Source: an uncultured Candidatus Saccharibacteria bacterium (GTDB taxonomy: Bacteria; Patescibacteriota; Minisyncoccia; Minisyncoccales; Staskawiczbacteraceae). Taken from it: 64,000 bases of DNA. The notes beneath the pieces are model-generated. The model was not told the DNA's origin. It was given only the letters and a program-made list of their open reading frames with translations, and ran no database searches. Each line of letters begins with the position of its first letter. The stretch's first letter is position 1. The stretch lies in contig CAYZNK010000001.1 of NCBI GenBank assembly GCA_964479955.1, positions 13,073 to 77,072 on the forward strand. Reading direction: 5' to 3'. Below, one piece after another: positions 28,470-36,904 of the stretch. The position numbers and the translations under genes are program-made.

Positions 28470-28497
28470 TTGACACGGTTGAATAATCTGATATACT
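28470..28497 (+). promoter_or_regulatory. sigma70-type promoter upstream of the yerC-like gene
   Basis: TTGACA, 16-nt spacer, TATACT, about 22 nt upstream of the ATG at 28520. Confidence 0.55.
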
Positions 28498-28519
28498 TAC
28501 TTTAGTTAAGTAAAGTAAT

Positions 28520-28840
28520 ATGATCTCAAAGAAAGACAGCAAAAAAATAGGGGAATTGATGTGGGCGATTATGGTTTTAAAAACTGGCAGTGAAGCGAGG
28601 CGATTTTTTCGTGATCTATTAAGTGAAAACGAGCTTATCGAGTTTGGAAATAGATGGAAAGCCGCCAGAATGTTGGCAAAAAATGTTCCATATACGGAAA
28701 TTGAGAAAGAAACCGGTCTTAGCTCTACGACAGTGGCTCGGGTTTCAAAATGGCTTAGCGGGGGCACGGGCGGATATAGGCTTGTTTTAAATAGGTTAAA
28801 TCATCACAACCTCTCTTGTATTGGGAAAGGTTTGCGTTAA
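28520..28840 (+). CDS. YerC/YecD family TrpR-related regulator
   Basis: LKTGSEARRFFRDLLSENELIEFGNRWKAARML...YTEIEKETGLSSTTVARVSKWL is the family pattern. Confidence 0.8.
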   Translation: MISKKDSKKIGELMWAIMVLKTGSEARRFFRDLLSENELIEFGNRWKAARMLAKNVPYTEIEKETGLSSTTVARVSKWLSGGTGGYRLVLNRLNHHNLSCIGKGLR

Positions 28841-28856
28841 AATACTAAAAATATTT

Positions 28857-28900
28857 GAACATAATCCCTTCCCAACTTTGGGAAGGGATTATGTTCTTTC
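28857..28900 (+). terminator. rho-independent terminator
   Basis: Perfect 17-bp stem gaacataatcccttccc/gggaagggattatgttc, 6-nt loop, then TTTC. Confidence 0.75.
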
Positions 28901-28918
28901 ACAACTAGAGCGAGGAGA

Positions 28919-29353
28919 TTGACGATGAGAGTGCTCAGACCTAATTTTGAGAAGCGGGGCGGTTTGGTTGATGTGATTGTTCAGTGTTTTTGGACGCGGA
29001 GAGTTTTAATGAAAGCCTTTACCGACGAAGCAGGGTATTTGGAAACTCTCAAAACGGGAAAGGCTGTATATTTTTCAACCTCTCGTAACAAACGCTGGAT
29101 GAAGGGGGAAGAGAAAAGCGGTGCTTTTCAAATTGTTCACCAAGTCTTGATTGACTGCGACGGCGATACACTTATTTATATAGTGGAACAGTTAGGATCG
29201 GGGGCTTGCCATACAGGAGCATTAACCTGTTTTTACAGAACGGTCGCTGAAAACGATTCGCTTTTTCCTGCACCCGATGCTGGTGAGACAGAAGAGCTTC
29301 CGGTTATAGAAACAGAAGCGCATCCGCGCTTTCTCAAGATGCACATTTTTTAG
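28919..29353 (+). CDS. hisI: phosphoribosyl-AMP cyclohydrolase
   Basis: GLVDVIVQ...VLMKAFTDEAGYLETLKTGKAVYFSTSRNKRWMKGEEKSGAFQ...IDCDGDTLIYIVEQLGSGACHTGALTCFY matches HisI end to end. SD GAGGAG lies upstream; the start is TTG at 28919 or ATG at 28925. Confidence 0.85.
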   Translation: MTMRVLRPNFEKRGGLVDVIVQCFWTRRVLMKAFTDEAGYLETLKTGKAVYFSTSRNKRWMKGEEKSGAFQIVHQVLIDCDGDTLIYIVEQLGSGACHTGALTCFYRTVAENDSLFPAPDAGETEELPVIETEAHPRFLKMHIF

Positions 29354-29478
29354 TGCAGAGATACCAAGCCTGTCTTTTAAACAGGCTTTTATTTTTGACG
29401 TAAACTTAACTAAAAAAAATTAACCCTCAGTTGCTTTTTTAGCTTAAAAAAGACAGAATAAAATAATTATTAATAAAT

Positions 29479-30006
29479 ATGGAAATCTTAAAAATAGCAG
29501 TTGGCACCACCTCTGAGCCGAAATTGAAATATCTCAAGGAAGTTTTAAAGGAGCTTGAAATTAAAGCCAAGCTTTTTCCTGTTGAAGTTCAAAGCGGCGT
29601 TTCAGAACAGCCTAAAACCACCGAAGAAACCGAAAGGGGATCGATTAATAGAGCCGCAAGGGCGGCAGAGAAGGTTGAGGGAGAAGATTTCGCGATAGGT
29701 GTTGAAGTCGGATACCACCGAAACAAAAACGCTGAATATGAAATGTTCTGCTGGGTCACGATTATAGACAAAGACGGCTACCAGATTTCAAATCAAAGCC
29801 ACAGATTTTTACTGCCAAAATATTATCAGGAAGTTTTGGACAATGGTTTATTCGTGAACGAACACCTGGATGGTTTTATTAAAAATAAAAAGAAATTGTC
29901 TCACGCCGAAAAGCAAATCGATAATATTGTGCGACACAGAAAGCCATTTATTGAGAATGCTTTGAAACATGCTTTACTCCGTTATTTAAACAAGGAAAAA
30001 TTTTGA
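29479..30006 (+). CDS. YjjX-like (DUF84) non-canonical purine NTP phosphatase
   Basis: KIAVGTTSEPK...VQSGVSEQPKTTEETERGSINRA...DFAIGVEVG follows the YjjX pattern V.SGV.EQP...EET..G..NR...DF..G.E.G. Confidence 0.7.
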   Translation: MEILKIAVGTTSEPKLKYLKEVLKELEIKAKLFPVEVQSGVSEQPKTTEETERGSINRAARAAEKVEGEDFAIGVEVGYHRNKNAEYEMFCWVTIIDKDGYQISNQSHRFLLPKYYQEVLDNGLFVNEHLDGFIKNKKKLSHAEKQIDNIVRHRKPFIENALKHALLRYLNKEKF

Positions 30007-30007
30007 G

Positions 30008-30547
30008 ATGAAGAAAAATATCGGTTTACAAAAAGAAAAAGTGAAACTGCTGCCGTACGATCCGGTGTGGGTTGAATTATACAAAAAAGAAGAGAAGCTG
30101 CTTCGCTCTGCGCTGGGAAAAATTGTTTTGGAAATCCGGCATATCGGCAGTACTTCAATCCCTGGCGCTGTGGCAAAGCCGATTATTGATATTGCCGTAG
30201 GTATAAAAGATTTGGAAAAGGCGAGAAAATGCATCGGAGCGTTAAAAAAGATTGGATATATTTTAAAGCACGATGCGAAGGAGCACAAAAGATATTTCTT
30301 TTTGAAAGAAAAAGAAGGCGAAATAACACACCATTTGCATATAGAAAAATTGGGTAGCGACGTATGGAATCGTCAAGTTATTTTCATAAACTACCTTAAG
30401 AAAAACAAAGAAGCGCTTGATAGATATAATAAATTTAAAATTGAGCTGGCCGAAAAGTATAAAAATAATCGTAAGGCATACGTAGCGGCAAAAGTAAAAT
30501 TTATTGATGATATGATTGCGGAAGCTAAAAATAAAAAGAGCGTTTGA
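30008..30547 (+). CDS. GrpB family protein
   Basis: LLPYDPVWVELYKKEEKLLRSALG...IRHIGSTSIPGAVAKPIIDIAVGI. Confidence 0.85.
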   Translation: MKKNIGLQKEKVKLLPYDPVWVELYKKEEKLLRSALGKIVLEIRHIGSTSIPGAVAKPIIDIAVGIKDLEKARKCIGALKKIGYILKHDAKEHKRYFFLKEKEGEITHHLHIEKLGSDVWNRQVIFINYLKKNKEALDRYNKFKIELAEKYKNNRKAYVAAKVKFIDDMIAEAKNKKSV

Positions 30548-30571
30548 CATAATGCCTTGTTTCATGATAAT
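30544..30571 (+). promoter_or_regulatory. sigma70-type promoter for the T-box leader
   Basis: TTGACA (overlapping the grpB stop), 16-nt spacer, GATAAT. Confidence 0.5.
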
Positions 30572-30577
30572 CTGAAT

Positions 30578-30834
30578 TAACATTGAAAATTGCAAAACCG
30601 TTGATTCATGTCCCTGGCATAAAGCTGGGGGTGGGCATGATGAGGTGATTTCTGCGTAAGTGGAAATCCGGCTTCCTCCGTAATCATAGGATAATTGCTG
30701 AATCCCGTCTCGACGGGAGGAGTCAATGAAAGCGTCCCGAGTCGTTTCGGCGGAGGAAACAAAGGTGGTACCGCGAGACAACCTCTCGTCCTTTGAGCAT
30801 AATTTATTTATGCCTGAAGGATGGGAGGTTTTTT
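30578..30834 (+). promoter_or_regulatory. T-box riboswitch leader (tRNA-sensing transcription attenuator)
   Basis: Conserved T-box sequence AAAGGUGGUACCGCGAG at 30761-30777. It folds as a classic antiterminator: A1 AAAGG/CCUUU, 7-nt bulge UGGUACC, A2 GCGAGA/UCUCGU. The competing terminator pairs 30782-30793 with 30817-30828 (12 bp, two G.U) and is followed by TTTTTT. Stem-I, stem-II and stem-III-like hairpins lie upstream. Confidence 0.85.
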
Positions 30835-30875
30835 GTTACTTCCTAAAGCAGTTCTTTTACAATTAGGAGTTAGCC

Positions 30876-31613
30876 ATGAATACGACATTAGGTATTGAGC
30901 GCGAGCGTTTTATTATTAGCCGTTTCGATAATAAAATCATTTCAGCTATCGGAACTTTATTGCCAAAAGTGCAAGAAATTGGAAAAAGTAAAGGCTTGCC
31001 TATCGGTTTGTTTGGCTACGAACTCTTTGCCGGACAAATCGAGGATAGGACTTTACCGTGCGAATCCTTGTCCGTGTTAAGCGATGCATTGATTGTGAAT
31101 GATTCTGTAATGGACGAAGTTGCCGGCCAAGACGGATTGGCATTTGATTTTTCCGAATTCGTTGAGGAAAGCCAAATCGTAAGCTTGGAAGTGAATCCGT
31201 TTGACCGGCGCCATAAAGACATATGGCAATCAATATCTACCGAAAGACGTTCTGCTGCCTCAAGAGTGGCATCCGTCCATGTGCATCTGGCGGTGAACGA
31301 ATGCGAGGCATTGGCATTGCTTAATGCCTGCGGAAAAAAAGAAGTTGAAAGGCTTATCTCAATAGGAGACCATTCTCGGGGGAAGAGAATTGAAACTTAC
31401 AGAAAAATGGCCGAAACTGACGGGATTCCTCCGCAATTTCATTGTTTTGAAGATGTCGTGGCTTACATCAACAATCATGGAGGAGAAAAGAATGTCTGGG
31501 ATCTTGTGCGATACAAACCATCCACGAAAACTGTTGAATTCCGAATGTTCGGGGCAACGTCCAATGTACACGAAGTCATCGAATACGTAAAAGCATGTTT
31601 GGAGTTGCTTTAG
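30876..31613 (+). CDS. glutamate-cysteine ligase family 2 (GCS2/YbdK-like) carboxylate-amine ligase, short form
   Basis: GIERERFII, YELFAGQIEDRT, SVHVHLAV and WDLVRYKPSTKTVEFRMFG match the conserved GCS2 blocks. SD AGGAG lies upstream. Confidence 0.65.
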   Translation: MNTTLGIERERFIISRFDNKIISAIGTLLPKVQEIGKSKGLPIGLFGYELFAGQIEDRTLPCESLSVLSDALIVNDSVMDEVAGQDGLAFDFSEFVEESQIVSLEVNPFDRRHKDIWQSISTERRSAASRVASVHVHLAVNECEALALLNACGKKEVERLISIGDHSRGKRIETYRKMAETDGIPPQFHCFEDVVAYINNHGGEKNVWDLVRYKPSTKTVEFRMFGATSNVHEVIEYVKACLELL

Positions 31614-31627
31614 AAAACATGTAATAG

Positions 31628-31660
31628 AGTCTGCTTTCCTTATCGGTGGCAGACTTTTTT
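31628..31660 (+). terminator. rho-independent terminator after the ligase gene
   Basis: agtctgc...gcagact stem followed by TTTTTT. Confidence 0.65.
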
Positions 31661-31690
31661 AATTATTAAAATAGAGTAAAATAAAAGTAT

Positions 31691-32143
31691 ATGCAGTCAG
31701 AAAACAAAATTTTGTATTTCGCTTATGGCTCAAACTTGAATCATGAGCAAATGAAGCAGCGTTGCCCTGAGTCTGAATTTGTTGGCAGGGCTATGCTGAA
31801 AAATTATAAATTGATTTATGACGGTTACGGGCCGCACAGGCACGGAGCTGTAGCTAACATAGTGCCGCAGGTTGGAGGAACTGTTTGGGGCGGTTTATTT
31901 GAGTTGTCACAAAATGATTTGAAGAAGTTGGATAAATTTGAAGGATATCCCAATGTTTATGATAGAAAAGAGGTTTCATTGGAAAACGATAAAAATGACA
32001 CTGTTGCTGGGGTTTTTATTTATTACAAAAAACTTGAAGCGATAGGGCTTCCAAGTCAGGAATATCAAGATATTATTATTAAAGGAGCGGAACAATGTAA
32101 CTTGCCTCAAGATTATATTTATAAGGTTTTAAAAATTTTATAA
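31691..32143 (+). CDS. gamma-glutamylcyclotransferase (AIG2/GGCT-like) family protein
   Basis: ILYFAYGSNLNHEQMKQRCP ... VWGGLFELSQNDLKKLDKFEGYPNVYDRKEV. Confidence 0.8.
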   Translation: MQSENKILYFAYGSNLNHEQMKQRCPESEFVGRAMLKNYKLIYDGYGPHRHGAVANIVPQVGGTVWGGLFELSQNDLKKLDKFEGYPNVYDRKEVSLENDKNDTVAGVFIYYKKLEAIGLPSQEYQDIIIKGAEQCNLPQDYIYKVLKIL

Positions 32144-32454
32144 CATCAGATTTAAATGATGATTGGTGCCGTAAGATTTGACAAATCGTTATAATATGCT
32201 AAAATACAATATATGAATCAAATAAATCGCCAAATTAATAATAGGCCGGTTACCGGACAGCCAATGTCTGTGGTTTTGTTTTGCTATGCAAAAAGACCAA
32301 CATTCAGCTTATTTAGCCAAGGCGATTTTTATGGAACTCTTCGTACGTAAATTAGTTTAATCTTCCAAACATAAAGAGCGTCTCGGATAGATAAGCCGGG
32401 GCGCTTTTGGTAAGTGCCGTTATCTAGATAGCTCTTTTACAAGGAAAAGCAAAA

Positions 32455-33639
32455 ATGGCTAAGCGGACAATTCTGACGTACTTGTTTTTCGTTTTGGTTT
32501 CTAATTTTGCAAATTCGTTTGCAATGGCAATTTATGTGATTTTTCTGATGTCGCATGGCCTGGATATTTTTCAGGTCGGAGTGGTCAATGCTGCATTTTA
32601 TGCAACTCTGCTGATCTGCGAAATTCCCACGGGAGCATTCGCAGACATCTTCGGCAGGAAGACTTCATATGCACTCTCATATTTCCTGCATTCGGCAAGT
32701 ATGCTTGTTTACGGGGCATCAACTTCCTTTTCGGGATTTATAGTTGCTGAAATGCTGGGAGCTATAGGTGTAACGTTTGCCAATGGCGCATTCGACGCCT
32801 GGCTGAAGGACAAGCTGGATTTCCATGGTTTTGAAAACAGCAAGATGAAATCTGTATTTGCCAAAAAATCGCAGATTTCTCAGCTTGCCAGAGGTATAGG
32901 CGCTTTGATTGGTGCCTGTATCGGAGTGATAGATCTACGGTTGCCGTGGATTGCTGGCGGAGTGATCTTCCTGGTTGGCGGCATTCTAGTGATTCTGTTT
33001 TTGAAAGAAGAATACTTTGAGAAGAAATCAGTATCCTTCAAAGAGAGCATTCTTTTTACAAAAGATGCTCTGAAAAATGGATTTCAAAACAAAATCATCC
33101 GGTTTGTCGCCGCCATGACTTTGGTGCAGATAATTACTCTGCAGGCTCCAAATATGCAATGGCAGCCGTTCTTCATGAGTTACGGAGTTAGCAAGCCTGA
33201 TTTGGGATATATCTACTTTGGAGTTTCATTGGCCATAATAGCAGGATCTTCTCTTTCGTCTTGGCTTTTGCATAAGCTGAAAAAAGATGAAAAAAAGTTT
33301 CTTGTTGTCTCGCAGATTTTTATGGCCGCAGGCATGATTGCCTGCTGCGTCCCGAATATGTTTGTTCTGGCTGTTTTTGCTCTTCTTTTTCACGAATTCG
33401 CCAGAGGGCTTTTTGCCCCAATCAAGGATGACTATATCAACCAGAGTATTCCGGAGAAAAGCAAAGAAAGGGCGACACTGCTTTCAATCGAATCGATTTT
33501 CCACCACATCGGCGGAGTGATCGGTCTGATCGCAAGCGGTTTCATTGCCAAATACTTGCTCATCCCCAACACTTGGCTGATCTTCGGCGGGTTCTTGTTG
33601 GTTACAACTCTGCTTATTTCCAGAAACGGAAAGAAGTAG
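32455..33639 (+). CDS. MFS transporter
   Basis: 394 aa with about 12 TM segments and the loop 2-3 motif GAFADIFGRK. Confidence 0.85.
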   Translation: MAKRTILTYLFFVLVSNFANSFAMAIYVIFLMSHGLDIFQVGVVNAAFYATLLICEIPTGAFADIFGRKTSYALSYFLHSASMLVYGASTSFSGFIVAEMLGAIGVTFANGAFDAWLKDKLDFHGFENSKMKSVFAKKSQISQLARGIGALIGACIGVIDLRLPWIAGGVIFLVGGILVILFLKEEYFEKKSVSFKESILFTKDALKNGFQNKIIRFVAAMTLVQIITLQAPNMQWQPFFMSYGVSKPDLGYIYFGVSLAIIAGSSLSSWLLHKLKKDEKKFLVVSQIFMAAGMIACCVPNMFVLAVFALLFHEFARGLFAPIKDDYINQSIPEKSKERATLLSIESIFHHIGGVIGLIASGFIAKYLLIPNTWLIFGGFLLVTTLLISRNGKK

Positions 33640-33765
33640 GGTTGAGAAGCGGTTTGATTTAATATCAGCCGCTTTTTACTTAAAAAAAATTTGACGTTAG
33701 CTAAGATTTATATTAAGATAAATCCATAATTCACGTAACGTAGCACCTTTAAAAAGGAAGCATAT

Positions 33766-34026
33766 ATGAAAGGCTCAAAGGGTATTCGTATTCACGCGAG
33801 GCAACGTGCCATCCAAAGATATGGTGTGAGCATTAGTGATGCAAAAAGACGCAAGATCATTAATTTAATTCACTCTGGTAGAACTGGTCAATTTGTGAAA
33901 AGACATAGTCTCAGAGTAACTGAATGGGAAATTCCACTGGACGGGGAAACGTTCCGTGTTTTGTACGACAAAAAAAGAAAGGACATTGCAACCTTTCTTC
34001 CTCCGAGAGGTGGTCCCCTAAATTGA
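33766..34026 (+). CDS. small basic hypothetical protein (possibly DUF4258-like)
   Basis: 86-aa ORF. IHARQRAIQRYGVSISDAKRRKIINLI weakly resembles the H-A-x-x-R-x-x-x-R-G-I start of DUF4258 toxin-like proteins. Confidence 0.4.
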   Translation: MKGSKGIRIHARQRAIQRYGVSISDAKRRKIINLIHSGRTGQFVKRHSLRVTEWEIPLDGETFRVLYDKKRKDIATFLPPRGGPLN

Positions 34027-34134
34027 TAGGGGGCTTGACATAGATTTAGTTTTTTGATAACATATAGCCAACATGACGGACATAGGTTTTCGTCATCGAA
34101 ACTGGATCTTTACCAAAGAACAGAGGAGACTTCT

Positions 34135-34320
34135 ATGACTATACTGACAGAAACACATTCTTTTTGTGACATTTGTCAGAGGATGGTCTGCAACGCCGTC
34201 ACTCCGCATAGTGCGGATGTCGCCGTGTGCGAAAATTGCCTCAAGGAATTCGAGGCTTATAAGCTACAGTTTCCCAGAACCACGCTGAATGAATTCATGG
34301 CCATCAAAAGGTCCATTTGA
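34135..34320 (+). CDS. small zinc-ribbon protein
   Basis: 61 aa from the Met preceded by SD GAGGAG. Two CxxC pairs (CDICQ ... CENC). The track's longer N-terminus lacks an SD. Confidence 0.45.
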   Translation: MTILTETHSFCDICQRMVCNAVTPHSADVAVCENCLKEFEAYKLQFPRTTLNEFMAIKRSI

Positions 34321-34412
34321 AACAGCTGTTCTTTTCCAGAGTGAGTTCTTGCTGAATCGTTTCAGCTTCACCATATTTATCACCCTTAACTGAGTTGAAA
34401 GGAGGTGAAAAA

Positions 34413-34562
34413 ATGAAGAGCGTTCACTCTAACGCAAATGCGCAAAGCAAGACGGCCAAGTCCGTTGGCAAGCGCATCGTCGGTCGCATCAAGGATCTGG
34501 CCAAGCGGCAACAGATTGGATGCCACAACGACAACTCCGGCGGCACGCACAACGACAACTAG
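34413..34562 (+). CDS. 49-aa peptide, candidate RiPP precursor
   Basis: Not in the ORF track (<60 aa). Strong SD AAAGGAGGTGA lies 6 nt before the ATG. Sequence MKSVHSNANAQSKTAKSVGKRIVGRIKDLAKRQQIGCHNDNSGGTHNDN. Followed by a 12-bp terminator hairpin and adjacent to HExxH and radical SAM/SPASM genes. Confidence 0.55.
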   Translation: MKSVHSNANAQSKTAKSVGKRIVGRIKDLAKRQQIGCHNDNSGGTHNDN

Positions 34563-34589
34563 TCGTTATCCTTCCCCGGATGTTCACAA

Positions 34590-34620
34590 GGCCCTGGCAC
34601 TTGAATAAAGTGTCAGGGCC
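34590..34620 (+). terminator. hairpin terminator after the peptide gene
   Basis: ggccctggcact / agtgtcagggcc, 12 bp with one G.U and a 7-nt loop, then a T-rich tract. Confidence 0.6.
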
Positions 34621-34636
34621 GTATTATTATAAAAAT

Positions 34637-35611
34637 ATGAAATTCATTTTTAAAATATCAAGGCTTGATAATCTTTATTTTTTCATTTCCAATTTAACGG
34701 AGTTTCATTTTTCTTGCAGAAAACATTTTAATATTGATTGGATATCGGCTACCGGACCCCTAAATCAAGAAGATAAAAAAGCTTTAAAAGATATTAAACC
34801 CATTTTTGAAAAATACGGATTTGTTACCAAAAATAATAAATCGCTTTATCTTGGTAAATATTTTTATTGCCCAGAAGATAAAGAAAAATTTGATAGCCTT
34901 AAAAAATATTTATTACCGGAAGAATACAAAAGAATAAACAACAGTTTTAATGTCATAGAAAATCGGTTTAATAAAATTTATAATGAAAAAATGCTTGAAA
35001 ATTGGAAACTTGCGTTAGAAAAAGAACTATCAAGCGAAAAATTTTTAAAATTATTCAACTTCTCACAAAGATTTTTTAATCCCACGAAAAAAAATTCTGT
35101 TTTAAATGTGCATTTGTTGGCGTCGCCATCTGTGACGTGGAGCTCCTCGGGGAACGCTAATTTAGGAGATAAAGATATAACATTAGAAGTTCCCGTGTTT
35201 AATTTAACAGAAGAGCAGGTTGAATTAGCTGTTTGTATTTTATTGCACGAATTATCTCATATTTGGTTTGAAAATAGTTCTAACTATTCAATTGCAAAAA
35301 AATTCTCAGGAGATAATCTATCGTTAGTCAAGGAAATATTAATAGACAGCATTTCTCCGTCAGGTTTTCCTGCTCAAAAATATTCAAAGGCTAGCAACCC
35401 TTTCAAAAGGTTTCTATTTCACAATTTAGCGGACGGATTTAAGGCTCATGAAAATTTTATAAATAATAAAGAATTCGATAAGCAAAAATTATCGGCCTAT
35501 GTGAGCTGGCTTGTATATCCATTGACGGCGTATTACTATGCGAATGACAAAAAGCTTGATAGGGAATTTATTAAAACCATTACAGAGACAATAAAAAAGC
35601 GGACGACTTGA
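34637..35611 (+). CDS. HExxH-motif protein (putative zinc metallopeptidase), unknown family
   Basis: 324 aa from the Met at 34637. The track's upstream extension crosses the peptide gene and the terminator. Contains LLHELSHIWF. AT-rich, unlike its neighbours. Confidence 0.6.
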   Translation: MKFIFKISRLDNLYFFISNLTEFHFSCRKHFNIDWISATGPLNQEDKKALKDIKPIFEKYGFVTKNNKSLYLGKYFYCPEDKEKFDSLKKYLLPEEYKRINNSFNVIENRFNKIYNEKMLENWKLALEKELSSEKFLKLFNFSQRFFNPTKKNSVLNVHLLASPSVTWSSSGNANLGDKDITLEVPVFNLTEEQVELAVCILLHELSHIWFENSSNYSIAKKFSGDNLSLVKEILIDSISPSGFPAQKYSKASNPFKRFLFHNLADGFKAHENFINNKEFDKQKLSAYVSWLVYPLTAYYYANDKKLDREFIKTITETIKKRTT

Positions 35612-35643
35612 GGTTCGCCCGCGATGACGAGACAATGATGTTT

Positions 35644-36738
35644 TTACACATCGATTGTAGCATCTTTGAGTTTCTGGAAGATCTCTTTTTTGGCATCGCA
35701 AAAAATGTTGCGAGACCAAGTTCCGTTTTTGCCCGGGGAGCAATATCGAGAACAGCGATTGTGGCAACTTCCTAACCATTCACAATTGCCACACGTAGAT
35801 TCGCTTCTCTTGAGATCGGAAAGAAATCGAAAGAATCCCTCGCTCTGAAACAGCTCTTCCCACGTGCTGTCTGCGATGTTGCCGAATCTGTAGCTCTGCC
35901 GCGACAAGCTGTCACAAGGTCCAACAGATCCGTCAAATTCGACTTTTGGACAGAGCCAGCAGTGCCCGGAGAATTCGCACAAGGATGGTTTGCCACCGAC
36001 TACTCCAATCATCATTTGTTCTAGGTTTCTGACCGAGATAGAAGGATCGTCCCTTTCCAGCCAGATTTCGAGCATATTTAGCATAAACCTAGAAAATTCT
36101 TCCGAGGAAATTGAAAACTCCGTTGGTTTGCCGTCAGAAGAAAGCTCGTAGCAGGGCTTAAGAAGAAATCTTTTTATCTCAGCACTCGCAAAGAAGTCAA
36201 AGATTTCTTTTTCTTGACCGAGGGAAGCTTTGCTAACCAGGGCAATGGCACCGGGTTGAATTCCGACAGCACGGAGATTTTCAAGTCCATGCATGACTGA
36301 CCTGAAACTACCCTGCCCATTTATGAGTAATCGGCAACGATTGTGAACTTGCTCCGGTCCGTCAATGCTAATGCCGACCTTGAAGTCGTTTTGAGCGAAG
36401 AATTTAGCCCATCTTTTAGAGATCAAGGTCGCATTGGTCTGGATATGGTTCTCGACCGTTTTGTTACCCTTTAATTCCCCTTCAATCATAAGAATTTTCT
36501 CGTAAAGACCAATGCCGGCCAACATGGGCTCGCCACCATGCCACGTAATTTGCACAGGGTCGAGGTTGGAAAAAGTCAAAGTTTCGGCGATAAGCTTCCT
36601 TAAAACCTCATCGCTAATAATCCTAGCTTTCCCTTGGTCCTCTTGGTGGTAATAGCAATATAAGCACTTCATATTGCATCCACTAGAAACAACCTTAACA
36701 GTAGGAATCATGTTCCGAATATCTCGTGGACTCTTCAT
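35644..36738 (-). CDS. radical SAM enzyme with C-terminal SPASM domain (anSME/peptide-maturase type)
   Basis: CNMKCLYCYY (CX3CX2C), WHGGEPML, IQTNATLI, GISIDGPEQVHN and a Cys-rich C-terminus (CEFSGHCWLC...GPCDS...CGNCEWLGSCHNRCSRYC). SD AGGAG upstream. Confidence 0.88.
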   Translation of the reverse strand: MKSPRDIRNMIPTVKVVSSGCNMKCLYCYYHQEDQGKARIISDEVLRKLIAETLTFSNLDPVQITWHGGEPMLAGIGLYEKILMIEGELKGNKTVENHIQTNATLISKRWAKFFAQNDFKVGISIDGPEQVHNRCRLLINGQGSFRSVMHGLENLRAVGIQPGAIALVSKASLGQEKEIFDFFASAEIKRFLLKPCYELSSDGKPTEFSISSEEFSRFMLNMLEIWLERDDPSISVRNLEQMMIGVVGGKPSLCEFSGHCWLCPKVEFDGSVGPCDSLSRQSYRFGNIADSTWEELFQSEGFFRFLSDLKRSESTCGNCEWLGSCHNRCSRYCSPGKNGTWSRNIFCDAKKEIFQKLKDATIDV

Positions 36739-36904
36739 TTTAGTCTCCTATTGAATTGTTAAAAGATAGACCATATATCCGAACTGATTTTATAATAGCC
36801 GATTATTAATATTTTGTCAATTCATAACATTGACCTAATAAAGTTTTTATTATATTATAATAATAGGTTCCGTCATTTGTTCTTTTTACTAAAGGAGATA
36901 GGCT

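Noticed and set aside
30263-30781. 172-aa and 61-aa minus-strand ORFs across the grpB 3' end and the 30.55-30.87 kb gap
   Set aside because: The region is explained by GrpB on the plus strand and by a T-box leader with clear conserved RNA motifs. The minus-strand products have no motif and no SD.
32213-32349. Possible leader peptide upstream of the MFS gene
   Set aside because: The ATG at 32213 is followed by a stop after three codons (atg aat caa taa). The only other candidate (28 codons from 32263) has no SD. I report only the promoter and hairpin.
34520-34636. N-terminal 39-codon extension of the HExxH protein ORF
   Set aside because: It overlaps the SD-driven peptide gene in another frame and reads through a 12-bp terminator hairpin. 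GC content also drops sharply at 34625, where the AT-rich gene proper starts.
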